This document shows positions 1 through 10,300 of a stretch of DNA of 64,000 bases, in pieces; position 1 is the stretch's first letter, and each line of letters starts with the position of its first letter. The stretch is from Dimorphilus gyrociliatus. Lineage: Eukaryota > Animalia > Annelida. The notes under the pieces were generated by a model. That model saw only the letters and a list, made by a program, of their open reading frames with translations, was not told where the DNA came from and ran no database searches. Position numbers and translations under genes: made by a program. The DNA lies in contig CAJFCJ010000004.1 of NCBI GenBank assembly GCA_904063045.1, positions 494,195-558,194 of the forward strand, written 5' to 3'.

Positions 1-3000
1 GACTTTACTCCTTTCTGTTTTATATAACACCCAGTCTAAAGTACCTTTCTAAAAACACAAAAATGAAACCGATTAGTATTTAATTAAGCTAAAAACATTT
101 CCGATATTTTGACTAGAATTTTCCTTTCATTACGCACTATACAGTGAACAACTGAAAGGAAATAATAGACCGATAGTTTGTTTGAAATATGCCAGTTGAG
201 CCGTGAAGTGTATCGTGAAGATGTCGGCAAATTCCTTTCAACTTGAGAATTCGTGCACGAGAGAAAACGTGGGCAACGGCTATATCTTGGTCTAATTATA
301 AATTACAATATAATTATTAATAAGTCACATAAAGTTAACGATGTTTTTTGAAAGATGACAAAAATACTGTTTATACAATTTATGATTTTATCGTTTACTT
401 AGACTAATAATATTAATAATGCTATTATTATTATTATAGTTTTTTGTGTAAATTATCTTATTATCTTTATTTTTCAACAAATACAATTTATATATTGTTA
501 TATGGAGATTAATAAGACTGAAAAAACATTAGATTTTCTATTAATAAAATATATAAATACTTTATATAGTTTATATATTATTTATATATATATATATATA
601 TATATACAGTACACATATATCTTTTTCTATTGACTTAAAAAGAATTGAGAGCTAAAGGATAGTTTAAAAAGAAAGAAGCTTCTCCATTGAAGTGTAAACA
701 ACAATTGCAAGTTACAAATTCTTAAGGCTTTTGATGGCACGTTACGATGACGTAGGGAAATCGGTTTTTTTTCTCGCCTAGCTGAAATAATAGAAGGTTT
801 AAGCAGGGGAAAAAATGGGAAAATAAGTTGGAGAACGAAAAATTGATACAAAAAAGAAATGGTAAATATTAGTATTGACTGTTGGTATAGTCAGAGTTCG
901 TGCATCACACCTACCTAAGGGGATGGTAAATGGCTGGGGAGAAGAAGGAAGATAGAAAAAGAAGTAGGTCAACAATTAGAATGCCTCAACTCTATTTGAA
1001 ATTACCTTTAATTGGAATAAATGAAAATAGGAAAATTGGGGATAAGAAGAATTATGTAACATATAAATTGGAGGAGAAAGAACTGGGAAAGAATAAAAGT
1101 AGAAAGATTGGAGGCAGGAAGCAATTAATTCAAACTAAAGGAATCCTATAAATTCTATTGCCTTTTTGCGGCATAGAGGAAATATATAGGGAAACGAGTG
1201 AAGAGAACCGATTGACGACTATATTTGCAGTTCGGCAAACGGTTTTAATTTATTACACGCTCGACTTGGCAGTTTCGGATGACAGATTGCCCCATGTTTC
1301 AATGTATAATTGGGGAAAGTGAGAATAATTTTAAAGTTCATCAAATCAATATTTTCTCTATTTTAATTAAGTAAAAACTATCATTCTAAAAATAGAAAAA
1401 TTCGATATACTTTTCTATAAATTCTCCCATCCTTTTTTGTCACTCCAAATATGTATTTACAAACATTTCATACACACTAACATTACCCTATTCACAAGCT
1501 AACTTTATAATATATAAATATATGGTATTTTCTGCAAATATACTATATATATATATATATATTGTATTGTAATACTGGATATTCAGTATTCTGGAAATAT
1601 ATACAAATAGATATACATATATATATATATATATATATACCAAGTACACCTGAATATTTTTTAAAATTGCAGAAGCCTGTAAAAATATTTTGATATATAG
1701 AATACTCTTTTTTGCTGGTGAAAAGGAAAGAATAGTTGTCTACCCTAGAACTTAATTGGAATTGGGATTGTAGTAAAGGCCTACCTGCGTTCCTTTATAA
1801 GCATAAAAAAGGGGTGGAAATTTTATTGATTTTTTTTATTATGTATAAATCACTCTATCAAAACCTAATAGATAAAACTTGAAACAAAGAAATATGTGCA
1901 ATTTATTTACCGTTTCTCTCTCGTGAAGAGTAATGAATATTCCACAAACCGGTGTGTATTTAGAGATCTTCATGAAAGTACCATTTGAAGTGGATGGGCG
2001 TCATAAAGTATCAGGTAGAGCCTTCTGGTGGTATTAATATTGAAACGTCTAAAAAAAACGCTAGTGAAATAAGCAAAATAATGGTTTGGTCTTTCGCAAT
2101 TTAACTAGATTTTTTTTCTTATCTATTCTTTCATCGAAGCGAAACTCAACCTGAAGATTCTGATCACGTAGTTCTTTAATATACAAGCAAATCTGCCGTA
2201 AATAGTCTCTTAGTCACTTTCAAAAAAAATTGACATATTTTTCCAAGCTTCTCATCGATTTTCCTATTTATTAGATTTCATCTTTTTTTTCAATTTCATA
2301 TGTTTTTCTTCTTTTATCTTCAATTGTGGTTAACACATTTAACTTGTTTTATTTCTTATCTCTGCTAAAAATCTGTCAACTCTAAAAAACGTATCAGAAT
2401 TTGTTTTCTACTCATTTTTTTCTCTCTATTCGCAGAAAAATAAGAGGGAAAAAGATGTTGAAGTGGCAGAAAAATTGAATGAATCTGTAAAGCCTGGTAA
2501 AATGCAAAGAGATTTATATGTATTCCCTCACATCCGGACGATTTCCATACCGCAATACACCCTAGAATTAGGGTCAACGCATTGTATATGAAAAGCATAG
2601 TCAGTCATCCAACGTAAGAAACTGACATCTATTCTTAAGATCAGGGGAGGGGAGGGGGGAGAAGTTTACAATAGAAAATAGATTATTTACCATTAAAATC
2701 ATACATTTTTCTACCACTTCCGCTGTTAAAACGAAGAAATATGCCTTCTATCGCAGGAATGTTTTTACAAAAAACTACAATTATTATAGTTCTAGTTGTA
2801 AAGAGAGCAAGAGGGAAAAGAAAAAGAGCTCAAAGTAAAGGGGGCTAAAATAAAAGAAAGAAATAAAAAATAAAGTGATACGACTACTCTAGTACGGAAA
2901 ATATAATATTAATGTTATTAGATTTAAGGGATTGAGCCTTGTCTTATTTCGTAGTTCGTGCCTTAAACCACAAAGAGAATATTTGAAAATCATTCGGCCT

Positions 3001-3684
3001 GTGACTATATCCTACGGAGAATCTTTTGTCGTTTTGCCAAATTAGTCTTTATATAATTTTACTACTCTGTATAGCCCTTAGCTAAGTTGGAACTGTACAA
3101 CTGTACTATGATTTTCTAAGTTGAAAATTGTATTAGTTCCTTCCTACAACTCCCTTATTACAGATTGGAAAAAAGCTGAATAACCTTTCTAAAACCATAG
3201 TATTCTGTCCCTATCCACTTTTATTGCAGTACAAGATGAATTGAAGTCAATTAATAAAACAAGGACTTCCGTTTTCTTCCTTAAACTAAATTTCTAGCAT
3301 GGCTCAGCAAGGTAGATGGAGAATATCAAAGGGAAAACAACTTGGCGAGATAAGATTACAATAAAATATTTTTCCTTAGAAAAAAAGAACAATACACACA
3401 ATAATCACGTGATCAGGTGAAAAAAACGCCCACACCTGGTAAAGATACGAACATATTACATTTATGAGTGTATGAGTATACGTACATATTGGTATAATAT
3501 AGTAATATATAGTATATTTATAAATATATATACTTTTTATATATATTATTGTTTGATATAATGTGAAGATTTTCTATATCAAATATTTTATACGCCTACA
3601 AGATATGCATATTAGTAAAAACAAGCAAAAACATAATTACTATAGGGATTATGAACGAGTAAATAGACTTTTCTTTATATACTA

Positions 3685-6600
3685 TCAAGCATGGGATGAA
3701 TTATTGTACACATGTACAAATGAACCGGTTCGAGATAATTGAAAATCGTTCAATTTCATTTTCTCTGGTAAATCTTCAACAAATTCGGGTGTCTTCTCTT
3801 CTTTTTCTCGCTTTATTCGGACCCAATTAGCTCCCATACACATAAGGAAGTGCACCATACTTAAATTAATTAGTACAGATGCTATAAAAGCAGCTATTAA
3901 GTTGACTTGAGCACTTTTCAACTGTTTAAAAAATAGATTGAAGAACCAAACTAATATTTCTATACTTAGAAAAATTATAATACTTTTTCTAATATCGTCT
4001 TTAATAAATTAATTTTTAAATAAATGTAAAATATTACTGCTATAACAAAGCTATTTTTGTATAGTGGCGCCATCTTACTAAAATGAAAAGCGAATAAATG
4101 CAAAATAAATATACAAACTTTGGCACAAAAGAACACTTTAGCATCTGAACAATATGTGTTAGTGTTATTTCCGTCTTGTCTAATACCAAAATGTTGAGCT
4201 AACATAAGGAATGTTTCGTAAACGTTTACAATCTCATCTTTGGCTCTAGCAACAACGTTTGCTACTTGTTTAGCGTTTCTGCCAACTTCCCTTGCAGCGT
4301 TTCTTGCGCCTCTTAGAAAGCTTGTTGCTAATTTTCTACTATCCTTTAAGGCCTGTCTAGCCCATTTTACGCCCTCTCTCATTGCGCGTTCAATTATTTC
4401 ATCAGCTTTTCCAGCTAATTCTGCAGCTTTTTTAAATGCTGTCTAAAAAAATAAACAAGAGAAGAATGAATTTTTTTATACTATTATTATCCGATAGATG
4501 GAGTTTTATACAGAGAGTATTTTTCTCTATTAAGTATTAGGTTAAGGATGGACTTACATCAGCAAATTCAGTTGCTTTTTGGGCTGCTATTCTGGCCTCT
4601 TTTTCAGCTGTCTTCGCTAATTCCTTTGCCTTCTCATCCACCTCCATCCTTAATGCGTTAGCAGCCTCTTTAGCTTTTTTCCAAGCTTCTTCGGCTTTTT
4701 TCTTTGCTAATTCTGCTGTTTCTTTGGCTTTATCTCTCATATCTTCAGCAATTTTCTTTACCTGTTCAACTTTATCCTTTGCAAATTCCTCAGCCGTTTT
4801 TAATAATTTCTTGGTTTGATAAAGAACTTCTTTAGAACCTTTTTTTATAATTGCCAAGGTAGCATTCTTTAGAGGAACGATTTGAGCTTCTCCCCTCTTT
4901 ATCATCTCCTGTATATTCTTTGGAGCATCTTCTAAAGCTTTTCTTACTGCATCTTGATATTCCTTCATTTTTTCAACTGAATTTTTCACTTCTTTCTCAA
5001 TATTTTCTTTAGCTTCTTCAGCAAACTGCAATGCAGTTTTAAGAATGTGTTGGCTTTTTTTTAGAATTTCTTTTGTAGTTTTATGAATTAACTTTAGAGA
5101 CCCATCTTTCATGGTCTCTATTTCAGCCTTGCCATCTGCCAATAAGTCTTTTAGATCTTTAGATAAGGAGTTCCTAAAGTCTTTCAGTTCTTCAGCCTTC
5201 TCTTTTGCAAACTCTTCAGCAGTTTTTAAAAAAGACTTACTTTTATGTAAAATCTCCTGGCTCTCGGTATTAACAACTTGGAGAGAACCATCAGCCAAAG
5301 AGACTATTTTTGCTTTTCCATCTAAAACAAACTTTTTTAAATTTTCGGGTAAAAGTCGCCTATATTCTCTTAATTGCTCTTCCTGAAATTCTTCAACAGT
5401 TTGAAAGAGCTTTTCACTTTCATCAATTATTTCATTGGTTTTTGTATTTAAGACTTTTATAGTTCCTCCTTCGGTTGGATAGATTATTGCAGCTCCATCT
5501 TTAATTAGCTCTTTTATTTCTTCTGATAGTGTATCTCTGTAATATTTTATCTTTTCTGCTTTCTCGTTTGCAAAATCCTCTGCTGTTTTCAAATAATGAT
5601 CACTCATATGTAAAATTTCACCATCGCTAGTTCTTACGAGCTTAAATGTATTATCTGAAAGTTCAATAACTTTTGCCTCTCCTCTACTAAGCATATCTCT
5701 GTAATTGTCAGTTAAAGAATCCTTATATTCCTGCAGTGTCTCTTCTCTATAGCTGTCAAAGTCCCTCCTCCGCCGGTTTCCTAAAGGATTCCGACTTTCA
5801 TCCCATTGTTTCAATGTAGAATTTGCCATTCCAACAAACTTATCACCTACTTCCGATACCATGGCCTGCCACTGCTCGGTATCTATAGCATCTTGTACGT
5901 CATCTACCAATTTATCGAGTTCTTCTTCGCTAGGAAGCATCCCCTCAAACTGGGTGATTAATTTATCTAATACTCCGCTCTTTTCAACCTCAGTTAGGGT
6001 CTTTTCAACAGCTTTGGATGCCTCTTTAACTGCAGTCTCAACATGAGCTGGATCGAATGATTTAATTGCTCCTATTACAGACGCTGGGTTGAACTTTTCC
6101 ATGTGCTCGGGTTTAATACCGTAATCGGACAAATTAAAACAATCAGGGATCATCCCACAGACAACTACAAATACAGTAACTATCACAACAGGTATCAGTA
6201 AAATTGCTGGTAAGATTAGCCATAACAAATGTAAGCCATACGCGCTTAAAATAGCTAATACATGCTGGCATTTGGCAAAGAATCCCATACTATCCCCACA
6301 CCGAGCACAAGCCTCCTTCCTTGTATGACCCGTAAATAAGATAGCTAGGAACAAAAACCAACCAGCAGCCCCAATATGCATAAACATAACCAACCAGACA
6401 ATCTTTTTTACCCTAAAAAATAAATGTCAGTTATCTATTCGCTTGTAACAAAAGATAGTAATCTCTTACATATCAACTTCAAATTTCATAACGATGTATG
6501 AAAAGGCCGCATACAGACAAACGCAACAGATAACGGCTCCCGATACGCACATTGCAAAGGCGACAACCGATGCATATGGGACTCTTCTCATTTCGTGTTG

Positions 6601-7312
6601 GACGTCTTTCCATTCTGGTGCTGTTTGATAAAAAGCAAACTTGACTATTACCGCCCATCATTGAAAAAACTCTTATATGTTTCGTATCTATTATATCATT
6701 GAACTAGCCTTTGGGCAGTTTTGAAAATCAACATCAAAAATATATAATACACATTATATATACTATATATACAATGTATTGTATATAGTACAATATATAC
6801 TTTTTCTCTGATTTGCAAAGCGTCAGCTTGTTAACTTGAATATTATAAAATTAAAATAAAAAACAACAGTCTATTCAAAACTTTGACTAGACGAAACAAA
6901 AAAGTTATTTAATATTTTCAGGCGCCTCGTTTTCTATTTTTTTATCTATGTTAGATTCTCTCTCTCTCTCTCTTTCTCTCTCTCTCGCTCTATTTCTCTT
7001 TCTCTTTTCATTTGCAAAATGCATATATTTTAACGTAAGAAGCTAAAAGACGACCTTAAGAAGGAAAGTTTATAATCTTAAGCAAAGACGATGCAATATA
7101 TAATTTTATTACTTTACTAGTTAAAATTACTATGGAAACGTGATATATTAAACTTATACAAGATGGAATATGGAAGAATATTTATTAAAAATAAAGAAAA
7201 AACAATACAAACCGTCACTTTTGGTATTTCTGCATAAAAAGAAGTCTTTTGTCCTAGTCCAAAGGGACCTTGGTTTCTTTCTAGACCTTTGCTTTTCGTT
7301 TTTCGACGCCAT
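3685..7312 (-). CDS. M6/proteolipid (PLP/DM20/GPM6) family tetraspan protein with a giant second extracellular loop, about 888 aa, 5 exons
   Basis: Exons 7312-7213, 6620-6470, 6412-4558, 4442-4119 and 3921-3685 have GT-AG ends and consistent phases (1,2,0,0); total 2667 nt. Family motifs: RVPYASVVAFAMCVSG (TM1; cf. M6 IPYASLIA), TM2 HIGAAGWFLFLAILFTG, TM3 AYGLHLLWLILPAILLIPV, CFNLSDYGI (cf. CLDLRQFGI), TM4 SMVHFLMCMGANW (cf. AMVHYLMVLSANW). Four loop cysteines retained. Confidence 0.85.
4771..5727 (-). repeat. Five tandem ~60-aa coding repeats inside exon 3 of the M6-like gene
   Basis: The conserved Gly of the motif L..G.A.I....DG...V..T.T.EIL..S...LKT.EEF falls at residues 238, 300, 359, 421 and 501 of the 4537..6393 ORF (spacing 62, 59, 62, 80). 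Confidence 0.85.
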
Positions 7313-10300
7313 TAAAAGTTTCCAGGAGCCAACTGGATATAAAAATTTTTGTGTAAAAGGTTTTAGCACCGGCTGTTTATACAGTTAAAAATTTTACAAT
7401 TCTTTTTTTTCATCTGTTACAGCTTTGGTATCCATTGAACGGTGTTGAATATTTACAGTCGTTGGTTTCGATAGACGGTCTACTGGTATAACAAAAGAAT
7501 AATAACTGAATTAATAATAGAAAATTAGTCTATTTCAATCATTTGTATTAAGAATGAAATGTATTTTAAAAAAACATAATTTATATACACGATTCTAATA
7601 TGTTAATTTTGTACTATAAAATAACGTTTTGCAGTCGAATAGTTATAATATTCAATATTTTTGTAGGTTTGAAAGTAATATTGAACTGCAATTTTATATT
7701 TAAAAACAACGTAATTATTAATAAATTATGTTATTGATTAGGCGTAAAGTTGAAATTTTTATGCATCCTAACTATTAAGAAATACCATTTTACTACCTAT
7801 CTTTTTAAATTAAAAGTTTTAATACACCATACAAAATAGATATTCGCAAAAAGACAACGCCACCTTCTGGATTAATCGCTTTGTTTCTGGATTTATAACT
7901 CATATTTATAAAGCATAACAAGTAAAGTATTCTAATTGTTATTATTAATATTTAAATAGGTTAAATTTATACAAAATTACTGATTTCTTTCAAAATTGCA
8001 GTTTTTTTTTCTTGATTCTTTAAAAAATTTCTAAATATCGAACAGCGCCCTCTAGTTTTTGTTAACTTAGTTTTAATAGTTTCGATAAAGAGAGAATCAA
8101 CTTGATAGTGTATAAAACACTAAGCTAAACAAATCTCTTAGCAGAGAAGAAAAATGACTATATCTTCGCGTGAGAGGCGTCGATGACGTACGATACTGCA
8201 TCGTTCATCAGCCGGAAAATAGACGCCGCTGTTGCAGTCGAAACGGTTGCAGTTGGCGCGTGAAACAAACGTTGATTGGGTGCATGATTTATGAACCCCG
8301 AATTTTTTCTATTTTATGCATTAGTTCGCTTCCTTCTCATTTCATTGAAGAGTCCAACCCCCATTTCGGTCAGAAAAGAGAATTAAATCTATTGGAAAAT
8401 CTCTTTCACTCTTTTGTCCCAAAAGATTCGCTAATTCTAGGACCAAAGTAGATAGATTCATGTTCGGCATTGATGTATTACTTAATTTAATCAAGTTTCA
8501 TATAGAGTTAATTTTTTTCACAATATTACACAGAATAAATAAACTGTAAAGCAGATTCTGAGAGAAATGATACACTACTAGCAATGGTATCTCCATTCTC
8601 TTTATCACTAGAAACGAATGATGCATCGTTCTTCCAGCTGGACTATCAACGTGCTATCTGACAAACCGCAATTCCATTCTGTCTGCAGTAAGTGGAGGGT
8701 GGGGACTAAATACTCTAAAAGTAATATAAAATTGCTAAACAGTCTCGGAAAAGAAAGTGATAGAGATAGAGAGACAGAAGGACAGAGAGATATCAATTGC
8801 CTACTCATTCCTGGAAAGTTATATTAAAGCTAATTTGATTTTTTGGATGGGCGGAAAATTTTCCAGAGTAAGAGGGATAAAAGTGATAAATAGAGATTTA
8901 TATACGGTCGGCTAAAAAAAGAAAATAGTAGTCAATCAGAGATATAGATGTGCAAACGATTCGGAAACTGACGGTAGAAACAGGCATCTGTTTACTCTTT
9001 TGATAGACAGATTTATTTATATCTTTAGTTGACTTAAACTTTTCGATTTTTCGATTGTAAAATACAAATACCATTTTCCTATTTAAATAGTGTTTTTAGC
9101 CGAGTTTCCTGGAATTCTATAATGTAACATCACTAAAAGTATATTGTTTTTTATACTTCCCTTATCAGCATCTTATCCTCTTTCTGTGACTTCTAATATT
9201 ACGTGCTAAAAATAACTGTGTTATAGAACAGGAAGAAACTAAAAATATACGTACTCTTTTACAATAGACGTTTATGAGCGTCGGCTCTTCCGGGTCAATT
9301 ACATAATACAGACGCTTGAGTGCAGTTAATTTAGAAGCATACGAAAATACATACGAAAGCCAATTTCATGGTAAATCAAATAACGAAAAACTTATTTATT
9401 ATTACAGTTATTAGACGCAGGAACGGACAATCTTCCAATATTTTCTATTCTTCAACTGACCCAAATTCTAACTGAAAGAAAGGCGCTGAACTAATAAGGC
9501 ATATCTTAATATAGTACAAAGAAGACCTAAATCTATTCATTAATAAAAATAAGAGAAGAAAAAAAAATGTTTCTTTCAAAGTGACATTTTTACCATCTCT
9601 TAATGACGTTTCTCTTGTCCTTGAGGTATTTCATGTCAAGTTAGATTATTATTTTCTTTATTATTATCATTATTATTATTATTAATAACAATATTAATAT
9701 AATTATCACTAACTGACATTGCAGTATAAAAAAAATGAAATATGGAACTGTATTTAGTTAGTTTTCAGATCATTGGCGATTTAACGCATTAGAGTCTTAT
9801 TGAGAGTTTTGTTACAATTGTCTTGCAATCCCTAAGCTGAGTTAACAAACGGCGTCTCTGCCCGGGCCCATCAACACTAAAGCAAGCGAGTGAGAAAAAC
9901 AAACGCAATCAGACAGAGACGCCGGTCCGCAAGGGACGTTCAACGTGTGTGATTGATGAGAAGTGCACAAGAGGGCGCTGCCGAGGCGCCGAAGCTTATC
10001 TGAGATAGTGTCCCCCAAGACATTAGGGCTAGAGGCTGAATCTAAGGACTATATGTAGATAGGGTGTAATATGTATAAGTCTATGTACAACTGTACTTAA
10101 TCTTCTTTATCCCCCCTCTCCTTACTTGAGTTAGACGGAAAATCCCACCGAAGTAAACACATATATTATAAAGCGACTAGACCGGCCATTTACTGACCGA
10201 TTGCGGTTTAGACTCAATGAGGCGTCGCTCGAACCGTCTTGTATTAGACGCTTGATGAAGCATTGCAGGGCGAGATTGCGGCCGGCGGCCATCTTGATTT

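Noticed and set aside
160-290. Moderately GC-rich stretch with short open frames (e.g. plus-strand TDSLFEICQLSREVYREDVGKFLST*)
   Set aside because: Could be the terminal exon of a gene outside the window, but there is no recognisable homology and the strand is ambiguous.
627-1151. ORFs 627..851 and 930..1151, considered as a degraded transposon fragment
   Set aside because: Purine-skewed low-complexity sequence; no RT, integrase or transposase motif, and no terminal repeats.
2365-2598. Minus-strand 77-aa ORF and an opposing plus-strand exon-like segment 2436-2496 (KNKREKDVEVAEKLNESVKP)
   Set aside because: Could not join either into a coherent gene model; no family motif.
4240-5386. Plus-strand ORFs 4240..4446 and 5111..5386 (also 5861..6046, 15996..16265, 47684..48372, 55528..55791, 56644..56883, 58369..58620)
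   Set aside because: Antisense or alternative-frame shadows of real coding exons.
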